The notes under the pieces are model-generated. The model was not told where the DNA came from, did no database searches, and saw only the letters and a program-made list of their open reading frames with translations. 64,000 nucleotides of DNA from Eledone cirrhosa. Its lineage: Eukaryota. The position numbers were made by a program, and so were the translations under genes. The stretch lies in NCBI GenBank assembly GCA_964016885.1, contig OZ024747.1, forward strand, positions 60,760,001-60,824,000, written 5' to 3'. Positions within the stretch are counted from its first letter, which is position 1. Every line of letters starts with the position of its first letter. Positions 41,690 through 54,299 of this stretch are shown in pieces.

Positions 41690-43303
41690 CCATGGTGATG
41701 GCAGTGGTGGTGGTGGTGGTAGTATAGTGGTAACAGTACTAGTGGTGGCGATGGTAGTAGTATTAGTAGTACTAGTAGTGGTAATGGTAGTGGTGGTGGT
41801 GGTGGTAACAGTAGTAATGGTGGCGATGGTAGTAGTATTGGTAGTACTAGTAGTGGTAATGGTGGTGGTGGTGGTATAGTGGTAACAGTACTAGTGGTGG
41901 CGATGGTAGTAGTATTAGTAGTAGTAATGGTGATGGTGGTGGTGGTGGTAACAGTACTAATGGTGGTGATGGTAGTAGTATTAGTAGTACTAGTAGTAGT
42001 AATGGTGGTGGTGGTGGTGGTGGTGGTAACAGTACTAATGGTGGTGATGGTAGTAGTATTAGTAGTACTAGTAGTAGTAGTGGTGGTGGTGGTGGTGGTG
42101 GTGGTAACAGTACTAATGGTGGCGATGGTAGTAGTACTAGTAGTAGTAATGGTGGTGGTGGTGGTGGTGGTGGTAACAGTACTAATGGTGGCGATGGTAG
42201 TAGTATTAGTAGTACTAGTAGTAGTAGTGGTGGTGGTGGTGGTGGTGGTGGTAACAGTACTAATGGTGGCGATGGTAGTAGTATTAGTAGTACTAGTAGT
42301 AGTAGTGGTGGTGGTGGTGGTAACAGTACTAATGGTGGCGATGGTAGTAGTATTAGTAGTACTAGTAGTAGTAATGGTGGTGGTGGTGGTGGTGGTGGTG
42401 GTAACAGTCCTAATGGTGGCGATGGTAGTAGTATTAGTAGTACTAGTAGTAGTAATGGTGGTGGTGGTGGTGGTAACAGTACTAATGGTGGCGATGGTAG
42501 TAGTATTAGTAGTACTAGTAGTAGTAATGGTGGTGGTAGTGGTAACAGTACTAATGGTGGCGATGGTAGTAGTACTAGTAGTAGTAATGGTGGTGGTGGT
42601 GGTAACAGTACTAATGGTGGTGATGGTAGTAGTATTAGTAGTACTAGTAGTAGTAGTAATGGTGGTGGTGGTGGTGGTAACAGTACTAATGGTGGTGATG
42701 GTAGTAGTATTAGTAGTACTAGTAGTAGTAGTAATGGTGGTGGTGGTGGTGGTAACAGTACTAATGGTGGTGATGGTAGTAGTATTAGTAGTACTAGTAG
42801 TAGTAGTAATGGTGGTGGTGGTGGTGGTAACAGTACTAATGGTGGCGATGGTAGTAGTATTAGTAGTACTAGTAGTAGTAGTAATGGTGGTGGTGGTGGT
42901 GGTAACAGTACTAATGGTGGTGATGGTAGTAGTATTAGTAGTACTAGTAGTTATAATGGTGATGGTGGTGGTGGTGGTGGTAACAGTACTAATGGTGGTG
43001 CTGGTAGTAGTATTAGTAGTACTAGTAGTGGTAATGGTGGTGGTGGTGGTAGTGGTGGTGGTAACAGTACTAATGGTGGTGATGGTAGTAGTATTAGTAG
43101 TACTAGTAGTAGTAATGGTGGTGGTAGTGGTAACAGTACTAATGGTGGCGATGGTAGTAGTATTAGTAGTACTAGTAGTAGTAATGGTAGTGGTGGTAGT
43201 GGTAACAGTACTAATGGTAGTATTAGTAGTATTATTAGTAGTACTAGTAGTAGTGGTAACAGTACTAATGGTAGTAGTAGTATTAGTAGTAGTAATGATG
43301 GTG
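41690..43303. repeat. GGT/AGT triplet-based minisatellite (about 60-75-bp units)
   Basis: Recurrent ggtaacagtactaatggtggcgatggtagtagtattagtagtactagtagt with variable (ggt)n. Confidence 0.92.
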
Positions 43304-43367
43304 GCTCTGAGCATTTATTCTTTGATCTTACATTCAGTGCTCTATTGTTGAAGTATGGGAATGTGTG

Positions 43368-43398
<31 letters not shown>

Positions 43399-44088
43399 GT
43401 TTTTATTTTTGTCTGTGTGTTTATTTATGTATGTGTGTGTGTTTATTTATGTGTGTGTGTATGTGTGTATATGTGTGTGTGTGTTTATTTATGTATGTGT
43501 GTGTTTATTTATGTGTGTGTATGTGTTTATTTATGTGTGTATGTGTGTGTGTTTATTTATGTGTATGTATGTGTGTATATTTATGTGTGTGTGTGTTTAT
43601 TTATGTGTGTGTATGTGTGTGTGTATATTTGTGTGTGTGTGTGTACGTGTGTATATTTATGTGTGTGTATGTATGTGTGTGTGTGTAAGAATGGCTAATT
43701 TTAAACTTAATTTAAAATGTCATTCACAGAAGATGTTAAAACAAAAGAATAGAGTGGGAAGACTGGGGTTTGAAGTATTAAGAGAGGGAAAGAGAGAGAG
43801 AGAGTGTGTGTGGGGGAGAGAGAGAGATTCTAAGAGAGAGAGAGAGAGAGTATGTGTGTGAGAGGGAGAGAGAGGAAGAGAGAGAGGGTGTGTGGTATAT
43901 AGTAAAGAGAGTCTAGAGAGAGATTTATGAGTGTGTTTATATATATATATGTATATATATGACCAATGATTACTCAATGAATATAGTTTTACAATAGATT
44001 AAAAGCACTCTACAAGGAAGTTTTCTGAAGTTAGTAATATTATACAAAATATTAATAAATGAAGACATTCAGATAATCAAAATATATA

Positions 44089-44150
44089 TTTTATTATATA
44101 TATTTCGGAGGTACTGTGCTGTTTTTTCAGTACGCCCTGATCAGATAAAA
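44089..44150 (-). ncRNA. Hammerhead-like motif with core substitution (probably inactive)
   Basis: Minus strand: UUUUAU-CUGAUCA-GGGCGUACUG...CAGUACCUCC-GAAA-UAUAUA-UA-AUAAAA. Stems I-III present; conserved G8 replaced by C. Confidence 0.5.
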
Positions 44151-44459
44151 TATATGAATTGATGTATGACATAACCTCAACTGTCTTGATGGTTCAATAC
44201 CAATACTGGAATTGAACCATCAAGACAGTTGAGGTACCTAGGGGGAGGCACCTATCACCCTGTTTATATATATATTTACATAAATATGATAATAGTATTA
44301 AGAGAAAGATATATACTTTATATCATCTTTATTTATTTCATTATATATATTTCGAAGATGTAAAGTTTTATGTATAACAGAAAGCAAAACATGTCCTCAG
44401 ACAAAATACATAGAAAATGTATAATTTTTTCCTGATATGCTGGTAGATATATATAGATA

Positions 44460-44875
44460 TAATTGTTTCGACTTTTGGCACAAGGCCAGCAATTAATCAG
44501 TGCATTACTGGTACTTTATTTTATCGACCCCGTAAGGATGAAAGGCAAAGTTAACCTCGGCGGGATCTGAACTCAGAATGGCAAGGGCCGTAACTCAGTT
44601 CAAATCCAGCCGAGGTTAACTTTACCTTTCATCCTTACGGGGTCGATAAAATAAAGTACCAGTAATGCACTGGGTAATTGCTGGCCTTGTGCCTAAAGTA
44701 AAAACAAGTATTATTATTATTATTGGCAGAGCCATTAGAAAGTTGGATAGAATGTTTTATGGTATTCCTTTCAGCTCTCTGCTCTCAAATCCCACCAATG
44801 TCAACTTTGCCTTTCATCCTTACGGGATCGATGAAATAAAGTACCAGTAATACACTGGGATAATTGCTGGCCTTG
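44460..44875. mobile_element. Family A SINEs including a head-to-head inverted pair
   Basis: Minus copy 44460-44597 abuts plus copy 44598-44707; a further plus copy extends to 44875. Confidence 0.82.
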
Positions 44876-45049
44876 TGAGAGCCATTATTATTAATATTTC
44901 CTTTTGTCACACTCTGATTTTTGGGGTTTTTTTTACATGCAGAATTTCCCATTTGTATTGTCCTGTGCTGTCCTTAATGTTATACTTTGTGTCCACCCTT
45001 GTGGTTAATAAAGAAAGGATTATTTTTATTAATATTATTATTATTGTCA

Positions 45050-47805
45050 TCGTCGTCGTTGTAGAAGTTTCTTTCGTTTCACAATCAAGAAAACATTATT
45101 ATTCATTTTGTCGTCGTTGTAGAAGTTTCTTTCGTTTCACAATCAAGAAAACATTATTATTCATTTTGTCGTCGTTGTAGAAGTTTCTTTCGTTTCACAA
45201 TCAAGAAAACATTATTATTCATTTTGTCGTCGTTGTAGAAGTTTCTTTCGTTTCACAATCAAGAAAACATTATTATTCATTTTGTCGTCGTTGTAGAAGT
45301 TTCTTTCGTTTCACAATCAAGAAAACATTATTATTCATTTTGTCGTCGTTGTAGAAGTTTCTTTCGTCTCACAATCAAGAAAACATTATTATTCATTTTG
45401 TTGTTGTAGAAGTTTCTTTCGTCTCACAATCAAGAAAACATTATTATTCATTTTGTCGTCATTGTAGAAGTTTCTTTCGTTTCACAATCAAGAAAACATT
45501 ATTATTCATTTTGTCGTCATTGTAGAAGTTTCTTTCGTTTCACAATCAAGAAAACATTATTATTCATTTTGTCGTCGTTGTAGAAGTTTCTTTCGTTTCA
45601 CAATCAAGAAAACATTATTATTCATTTTGTTGTTGTTGTAGAAGTTTCTTTCGTCTCACAATCAAGAAAACATTATTATTCATTTTGTCGTCGTTGTAGA
45701 AGTTTCTTTCGTCTCACAATCAAGAAAACATTATTATTCATTTTGTTGTTGTTGTAGAAGTTTCTTTCGTCTCACAATCAAGAAAACATTATTATTCATT
45801 TTGTTGTTGTTGTAGAAGTTTCTTTCGTCTCACAATCAAGAAAACATTATTATTCATTTTGTTGTTGTTGTAGAAGTTTCTTTCGTCTCACAATCAAGAA
45901 AACATTATTATTCATTTTGTTGTTGTTGTAGAAGTTTCTTTCGTCTCACAATCAAGAAAACATTATTATTCATTTTGTTGTTGTTGTAGAAGTTTCTTTC
46001 GTTTCACAATCAAGAAAACATTATTAATTTTGTTGTTGTTGTAGAAGTTTCTTTCGTTTCACAATCAAGAAAACATTATTATTCATTTTGTTGTTGTTGT
46101 TGTAGAAGTTTCTTTCGTCTCACAATCAAGAAAACATTATTATTCATTTTGTTGTTGTTGTAGAAGTTTCTTTCGTCTCACAATCAAGAAAACATTATTA
46201 TTCATTTTGTCGTCATTGTAGAAGTTTCTTTCGTCTCACAATCAAGAAAACATTATTATTCATTTTGTTGTTGTTGTAGAAGTTTCTTTCGTCTCACAAT
46301 CAAGAAAACATTATTATTCATTTTGTCGTCATTGTAGAAGTTTCTTTCGTCTCACAATCAAGAAAACATTATTATTCATTTTGTTGTTGTTGTAGAAGTT
46401 TCTTTCGTTTCACAATCAAGAAAACATTATTATTCATTTTGTCGTCATTGTAGAAGTTTCTTTCGTTTCACAATCAAGAAAACATTATTATTCATTTTGT
46501 CGTCATTGTAGAAGTTTCTTTCGTCTCACAATCAAGAAAACATTATTATTCATTTTGTTGTTGTTGTAGAAGTTTCTTTCGTCTCACAATCAAGAAAACA
46601 TTATTATTCATTTTGTTGTTGTTGTAGAAGTTTCTTTCGTTTCACAATCAAGAAAACATTATTATTCATTTTGTCGTCATTGTAGAAGTTTCTTTCGTCT
46701 CACAATCAAGAAAACATTATTATTCATTTTGTTGTTGTTGTAGAAGTTTCTTTCGTTTCACAATCAAGAAAACATTATTATTCATTTTGTCGTCATTGTA
46801 GAAGTTTCTTTCGTCTCACAATCAAGAAAACATTATTATTCATTTTGTTGTTGTTGTAGAAGTTTCTTTCGTCTCACAATCAAGAAAACATTATTATTCA
46901 TTTTGTTGTTGTTGTAGAAGTTTCTTTCGTCTCAATCAAGAAAACATTATTATTCATTTTGTTGTTGTTGTAGAAGTTTCTTTCGTCTCACAATCAAGAA
47001 AACATTATTATTCATTTTGTTGTTGTTGTAGAAGTTTCTTTCGTCTCACAATCAAGAAAACATTATTATTCATTTTGTTGTTGTTGTAGAAGTTTCTTTC
47101 GTCTCACGATCAAGAAAACATTATTATTCATTTTGTTGTTGTTGTAGAAGTTTCTTTCGTCTCACAATCAAGAAAACATTATTATTTATTTTGTTGTTGT
47201 TGTAGAAGTTTCTTTCGTCTCACAATCAAGAAAACATTATTATTCATTTTGTTGTTGTAGAAGTTTCTTTCGTCTCACAATCAAGAAAACATTATTATTC
47301 ATTTTGTTGTTGTTGTAGAAGTTTCTTTCGTCTCACAATCAAGAAAACATTATTATTCATTTTGTTGTTGTTGTAGAAGTTTCTTTCGTCTCACAATCAA
47401 GAAAACATTATTATTCATTTTGTTGTTGTAGAAGTTTCTTTCGTCTCACAATCAAGAAAACATTATTATTCATTTTGTTGTTGTTGTAGAAGTTTCTTTC
47501 GTCTCACAATCAAGAAAACATTATTATTCATTTTGTTGTTGTTGTAGAAGTTTCTTTCGTCTCACAATCAAGAAAACATTATTATTCATTTTGTTGTTGT
47601 TGTAGAAGTTTCTTTCGTCTCACAATCAAGAAAACATTATTATTCATTTTGTTGTTGTAGAAGTTTCTTTCGTCTCACAATCAAGAAAACATTATTATTC
47701 ATTTTGTTGTTGTTGTAGAAGTTTCTTTCGTCTCACAATCAAGAAAACATTATTATTCATTTTGTTGTTGTAGAAGTTTCTTTTGTCTCACAATCAAGAA
47801 AACAT
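45050..47805. repeat. 58-bp tandem satellite, about 47 copies
   Basis: gtagaagtttctttcgt(t/c)tcacaatcaagaaaacattattattcattttgt(c/t)gt(c/t)gtt. Confidence 0.97.
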
Positions 47806-49198
47806 TTTTCAGAACTATTTTGGCAATGTCTGTTTTGCCATGCAAGAGCTACAGTCTAGCAATGAAGATCAATTTCATCACAATAGCTGACTTCAACTCC
47901 ATTTCTCTACATCTAAATCTCTTCTCTTAACTCACTCTACGATTAATGTACACAAAATACTTCATGTTTATATAGTTTTTTGTTTGTTTGTTATTTGGGG
48001 GGGGGTAGGAGGGGGGGTTGTGGTGGTGGTGGTGGTGGGAGGGGGGTTTGTGTTTTTGCTAGTTTGATTTTTTCGGGGGGAAGGGGGGTGCTTTTGTTTG
48101 TTTTTGGTATATTTTTTATGGTGGGGTGGCTTTTTTGTTTTTGTGTTTTTGTTTTTTGTTGTTTTTTCTCTTGTGTCTTTTTGTGTATTTCTTCTCTTGT
48201 TGTTGTTGTCGAATGCATCAGAAAATATAGGAAAAAATAAAAATAAAATAAAACATTATTTGCTGTGGAATTCTGAGAGTGAAGAACAAGTGTTAATTTG
48301 ATTGGGAAATACTTGTGTGAGGCAGAGGGGTGGTTTTGATAGGGAGAGATGAGGAAGGGGAGAGGGGGGGGAGAAGAAAAGAGTGAGTGAAAGGGGAGAG
48401 CAGGAAAGAGAGAGAGGGGGGCAAGAGCGAGGGGGAGAGAAAGGGGAGTGCGAGAAAGTGAAGGGGGGGGTGGGTGAAAAAGTAGAAGATAGCAAGAGGC
48501 AGGAGAATGAGAGAGGGGGGAAAGAGTTGGTGAGAGAGTGCAGGAGAGATAACAGGTGATAGAGGGAGAGAAGGGGGAACAGGAGAAAGAGGAAGAAAGA
48601 GAACAAGAGGCAAGAGAGTGAGAAGAATAGGGAAAGAGTGAGAGTGAGTGGAAGAGTGTTTGAGAGGGAAAGAGGGTGGGAAATATATGTGTATATGTAC
48701 CTTTTACATACATATATATATATATAGAGAGAGAGAGAGTGGAAGAGTGTGTGAGAAGGAAAGAGAGAGTGGGATATATATACATTATATATATATATAT
48801 ATATTATATATATATATATATCAGTGGTGAAGGGTAACCTGCAAAGCAGGGCATGCAGTCTAATCGCCATCGCGGAGAGTGGGGCTGTGCAGCCTTACAA
48901 AATTCCCTCTAAATGACCCTCCCGGTCAAAGCCGCATGTAGTGTTATCTAGTGTGTGTGTGTGCGTGTGTTATCTTTTTATATGTCTACGATTAAGTAGC
49001 AGTCAAAATTCTGCTTGCCCCAAAGCTGTCGTGTGTTTGTGTGTATGTGTTTGTGTGTGTATGTGTGTATCTTTATTTGTGTCTATATGTTTTAGTTAGC
49101 AGCCAAAATTCTGCTTGCTTCAACCGACGCAATTGATCAAATCAAGATTCTATAACGTATGCACTGCATGCGTTGCATGCATGGACCATTCGCCCCTG

Positions 49199-49268
<70 letters not shown>

Positions 49269-49329
49269 ATATATATATATATATTATATATATATATATT
49301 ATATTTATTATATATATATATATTATATT

Positions 49330-49376
<47 letters not shown>

Positions 49377-49936
49377 ATAATATATATATAGAGAGGGAGG
49401 GAGGGAGGGAGGGAGAGAGAGAGAGAGTCATTCTCAATATAAATGAGATGAAGTTGTTGAGGCTGCAATGGTTTGGAAGAGATGTAAGGTTCACTGAGTG
49501 ATGAAATCTCTGTTGTACATATTATTTCACATTCAATGATTTACTAGTACTCTGTTGTTGTTAGTGTTGTTGTTAGTGTTGTTGTTATCGTTGTTGTTAT
49601 TGTTGTTGTTGTTATTGTTGGTGTTGTTGTTGTTATTGTTGGTGTTGTTGTTGTTGTTGGTGTTGTTATTGTTGGTGTTGTTGTTATTGTTGTTGGTGTT
49701 TGTCTGCTTAGCTGCCAGTTCTTTCTGTTTATTGAGGGTAGAATAAGGGAGAGAGAGAGAGAGATATATATATATAGTGATATAGTAACAGAGATAGAAG
49801 AATGAAATGGTTATGGAGAGGGGGAGGGGGGTGATATAAGGGAAGAAAGTGAGATAGTTAAGAAAGATATATAATGATAGATAGGGATAGGGAGAGAGAG
49901 AGAAGGAAGGAAAGAAAGAGAGACAGTTAAGAGATA

Positions 49937-51200
49937 TAATTGTTTCTATGTTTGGCACAAGGCCAGCAATTAACCAGAGCATTACTGGTACTTTATTTTA
50001 TTGACCCTCGAAGGAAGAAAGAGATATAATGAGAGATAGATAGATAGATAGAGAGAGATAGTTATGAAAGAGATGGCATTATAGATAAATAGATAGAGAA
50101 GGAAAGAAAGAGAAACTGTTAAGAAAGAGATATAATGAGAGAGAGATAGAGAGAGAGGAGGAAAGAAAGAGATATAATTGTTTCTACTTTAGGCACAAGG
50201 CCAGCGCATTACTGGTACTTTATTTTATCGACCCCGTAAGAATGAAAGGCAAAGTCAACCTCGGCGGGATTTGAACTCAGATCGTAAAGGGACGTAACTA
50301 TGTTGGAAAGCATGGCGTCCGACCCTCTACCGATACTGCCAATCCACCACCCATCCACCGAAAGAAAGAGATATAATGATAGATAGAGAGAGAGAAGGAA
50401 AGAAAGAGAGACAGTCAAGAAAGAAGTATAATTGTTTCTACTTTTGGCACAAGGCCAGCAATTATCCCAGTGTATTACTGGTACTTTATTCTATCGACCT
50501 CGTAAGGATGAAAGGCAAAGTTAACCTCGGCGGGATTTGAACTCAGAATGGCAAGGGCCGTAACTCTATACGTCAAAGCATGGCGTCCGACCCTCTACCG
50601 ATACTGCCAATCCACCGCCCTGGAAAGATATATAATGATAGATAGATAGAGAGAGAGAGAGTCAGTCAGTGAATCAATCAATCTCTTTACCGAAAGTTCA
50701 CTGTTTCTCTGTCATCCATATACACAGCTATATGATGGTGACCTTTACATACAGATTCACACATGTTGTTGTAGGACGGTGAATTGGCAGTATTGGTAGA
50801 GCTTTACGGTAAACAGTTGTGGTATAGAGTTATGGCCCTTTACATTCTGAGTTCAAATCCCCACAAAGTTAGCTTTTCCTTTCATCCTCACGGGGTCAAT
50901 AAAATAAAGTACCACTGGGGGTTGATTTATTAGACTTTCTCCTCCCCCCAAATTGTTGACCTTGTACCAGAAACCATTATTGTATAACTTAATATTATCA
51001 TTATTTTTCTGTAAAGGTGGTGAATTGGCAGTATCGGTAGAGGGTCGGACATGCTTTCCAGCGTAGTTATGTCCCTTTATGATCTGAGTTCAAATCCCGC
51101 CGAGGTTAACTTTGCCTTTCATCCTTACGGGGTCAATAAAATAAAGTACCAGTAATATACTGGGTAATTGCTTGCCCTGTGCCAAAAGTAGAAACAATTA
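49937..51200. mobile_element. Family A SINE cluster: three minus copies (49937-50620), then two plus copies (50777-51200)
   Basis: Same motifs in both orientations. Confidence 0.82.
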
Positions 51201-51591
51201 TTTTTCTGTTATTCTGTGACAATATTGCGGGGGGGGGGGGGGGGGGGACTCATGGTCATTGTTCAATTCTCAGGCTGACCAGGTGACAAATTGTCTTCAT
51301 GAACAAGATGCTTCATTTCACATTTTTTTTACATCCACACAGGTGTAAGCTGTAACAACATCATGTTAAGACTGGGGCCTCTTCCAGTAAAACACCCTTT
51401 AAGATGCAATCTCATAGGAGACCAACTAAAACTACATTGATGTAATCTGTAACAACAACATAATAGGACTGGACCCCCTTTCAGCAAAAACAGTAAAACA
51501 ACCCAGAAACTTCCTATGAAATGCAACCTTCTAGGGGGTTAACTACACCTACATAGATGTGGGCTGTAATAACATCCAATATGGCTGCAGT

Positions 51592-51701
51592 GACACTGGT
51601 CTGTTGGAGATGCATGACATGGCAGCGATAATGAGGGACAGAGACCGCTGGAGAGAACTCGTCCATGGATCTCGGGAATTTTACCCGCCTTAGATAGATA
51701 G
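51592..51701 (+). mobile_element. 5'-truncated RTE-like LINE insertion with an 11-bp TSD; matching 3' end at about 10233-10304 (-)
   Basis: Reads DTGLLEMHDMAAIMRDRDRWRELVHGSREFYPP* plus (taga)n; flanked by atggctgcagt at 51581-51591 and 51702-51712. Confidence 0.8.
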
Positions 51702-51821
51702 ATGGCTGCAGTTTCTACCAATAAAACACCTGAGCAACCTGGTATGAGATGCAATCATGTAGGGGGCTAGTTAAACTAACATAGGTGTGAGCTGTAATAA
51801 CATTATAGAGCAGAAAACATC

Positions 51822-52122
51822 GGAGAGAATGCTTTATGGTATTCATTCTGGCTCTCTGCTATCTGAGTTCAAATCCCGTTGAGATCAACTTTGCCTTTCC
51901 TTCTTTCAAAGTTGATAAAAGAAAAAACCAGTCTAGTACTGAGGTCGATTCTTCCTCTATATCTCTTTCTCATTTCCTTTCTCTCACTCTCTATCTTACT
52001 CTGGGAGAAATCTGCTGTACTCAGGCCTGGAGAGAATGGGCTCTGCCAGGCTTTAAATACCCAAGAAATATTGTATGTCAATACGGTGCTCCTATGGCTC
52101 TATCAGGAGTTACGGGGCCCCC
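51822..52122 (+). mobile_element. Old family A variant SINE with a different 3' tail; copies at 56115-56440 (+), 32420-32745 (-), tail only at 33060-33190 (+)
   Basis: gaggtcgattcttcctc...aaatctgctgta.tcag...gggctc...aaata.cc.agaaa. Confidence 0.65.
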
Positions 52123-52285
52123 TCTTCAGTAAAACACCCTGAGCATCTGACTATGGTAGGCATTCTTGTAGAAGGCCAATTATACATACATAGGTGTGAG
52201 CTGTAAATTTAATTTAATTTTTTTGTGCTTTTTTGTATAACTTGATATTTTCTCAGTCCTTATATATTTTTCTCTTATCCAACAG

Positions 52286-52488
52286 CAATACGATGTTGAC
52301 TTCTACATCGATATTCATGCACATTCAACTCTAATGAATGGTTTCATGTATGGTAACACTTACGATGATGTTGACCGTCTTGAGAAACAGTCAGTCTTTC
52401 CGAAACTACTTCGTGCAAATGCTGAAGACTTCTCCATGTCTAACACGAATTTCAATCGAGATGCTGTGAAAGCTGGCACTGGTAGAAG
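52286..52488 (+). CDS. AGBL4: Internal coding exon of cytosolic carboxypeptidase 6 (M14D zinc deglutamylase, AGBL4/CCP6 orthologue)
   Basis: Polypyrimidine tract and acceptor (tttttctcttatccaacag|) and donor (AG|gtaggt). The 203 nt translate without stops to QYDVDFYIDIHAHSTLMNGFMYGNTYDDVDRLEKQSVFPKLLRANAEDFSMSNTNFNRDAVKAGTGR(R), closely matching the CCP6 segment I recall (FYIDIHAHSTMMNGFMYGN...FPKLL...NAEDFS...FNRDAVKAGTGRR), including the zinc-ligand HAHS motif. Not in the ORF track. Confidence 0.93.
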
Positions 52489-52529
52489 GTAGGTGGCATA
52501 TTTAGAGTACATCTCTTTTTATATATATA

Positions 52530-52742
52530 CAGGGTGTTCCAAAAAAATGTATATACACTTCAACAGCAAAAAAATGCATTAAAATAAATTCTGTTTTATA
52601 TGCATTATTTAAATTATGTAAACATTTGGGGTTATTTAGATACAATTGAATTATGTCTGTAGAGCATTTTATTTTTGGGAAAGGCTGCGCATTCTTATAA
52701 ATATTGCCTGGACAGGTGTATACATTTTTGGAGGACATCCTG
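52530..52742. mobile_element. Tc1/mariner-type MITE about 40 bp downstream of the AGBL4 exon donor
   Basis: TA|cagggtgttccaaaaaaatgtatatacac ... gtgtatacatttttggaggacatcctg|TA. Confidence 0.8.
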
Positions 52743-53443
52743 TATATACTATATTTTCTGGCATCAAAGACACTCTAACATCATGGACATACATCCATTT
52801 TGAGTTGTTAAATTTTGAAAAAGAATATTTAGGCCTTTGACTAATGTGACCTTTGGCCTCCAAGATGCAGGGTAAATTTTCTGGCTTTATTTTAGGAATA
52901 TAAAACAATCACTGTGCCTTGCAAGGTATCTGGTATTTATTTTTTTCATTTTATTTTTTCATATTTTTCCTTTTATTATTGTCCATTTTCTATTATTATT
53001 ATCTTTTTTTTTTTTCTTCTGCTAACTAATATTTTTTTTCTGGTGCCAAAAAACCAATAACCAAGATTTTGCTACAAAGTTTCATATAAAATATTCCATT
53101 CAATAAATAATCTATTATTTCATCAAAGGTAGAAATTCTGATACCTGGGCTTATTATAGTTAATTATATGAGTTGGTCATATTATTTGAGTTTATAGTAA
53201 AATGTATTAGTTGACCATAACATCATCATTACAGTGGCAATCATAGTAATTTTGGAAGAATGTTAGCTTACTTCAGCTGCTACAACACTGGTTTAACTAT
53301 AAAATAGTTGAACATGTTGAGTATATAAATCCTTAGAGAAAGAAAAAAGTGGACAAAGTTGGTTGCATCTGCTATATACTGGTGTTACCATTACCCATTA
53401 ATAATAATTATTATTATTTCTTTATTGGCCTAATAATAATAAT

Positions 53444-53910
53444 AATCACAAATCCCAGGAAACCTGCATATAGAAGAAATACAAAAGATAGTACTAATGG
53501 GAACTGCCCATATACTAAGAAAGATTCTGTCAATATAAATACATCACAAGTCTAAACACCTAAAGATACATGTGTGTGTATGTGTTCATTCTTGAACATG
53601 GACCTTGTTGTCTCTTTAGGTCATTGGTTGTGACTTGGTGATAAAACGTATGAACATAAAGCAAGATAAATAAAAAAAATATTAATAATAATAATAACAA
53701 AGTATTGAAGAAGGTTGAGAGATATGAACCACTAGCATGAAAGATAAAATATTTGTGGGTAGTGAAAAATTTTGAGATGATCCCAGTTGTAATTGGAGGG
53801 GTTGGTATTGTGAGCACCAGAAATGCAAGCTATTGAAAACGGGTGAGACCCCTACAGAAAACAACATTCTTTGGAATTGCCAGGAAACTCAAAAAAGTGC
53901 TTGACAATCA
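53444..53910 (+). mobile_element. Two 3' fragments of RLE-type LINEs
   Basis: QIPGNLHIEEIQKIVLMGTAHILRKILSI* followed by an (aat)n tail; KVERYEPLA.KIKYLW...IPVVIGGVG...QKTTFFGIARKLKKVL. Confidence 0.68.
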
Positions 53911-54299
53911 AGTCAACTGTTTGTGGACAGCTGGCACCATTATTACATCACCAGCAACAAATGCTGTGAAACAAGTGGATAATAATAAACAGTTAAATAT
54001 ATATTGCAACTTTCTGTGGGTAGAAGAAAAAATATAACAAAAAAGGATTGTTCTTAAAACTGTTTCATGTAAATTGAAAAACACATATGCCCATGTCTCA
54101 CTTACCATATATACTTGAATATAAACCAAGGAATATGTGACCAAAATATTGATGGTAAAATGGGAGGGTCAATATTTTGACAATTTTCACCAACTTCAAA
54201 TTCTACGTAAATAAGGTGCTAAAATATCTGGAGTGATTATTTCACAATGAAACACTATTTTTCTATATTTCCTATATTACTTGGAGTTTTCTTTATGCA

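Larger units (their letters stand above)
51335..52206. repeat. Degenerate tandem repeat of about 100-110 bp (about 4-5 units), interrupted by an RTE and a SINE
   Basis: Recurrent ataggtgtgagctgtaataacat, cagtaaaacaccc and atgcaatc motifs. Confidence 0.65.

Noticed and set aside
39024-41698. Long ORFs open in all three + frames
   Set aside because: The 47-bp monomer lacks stop triplets, so all frames cycle through the same peptide; the monomer is SINE-derived and has frequent 1-bp indels.
48825-48870. GGGUAAC-hairpin-CUAA resembling the 3' half of an HDV-like ribozyme
   Set aside because: The 5' half is replaced by TA microsatellite; P1/P2 cannot be built.
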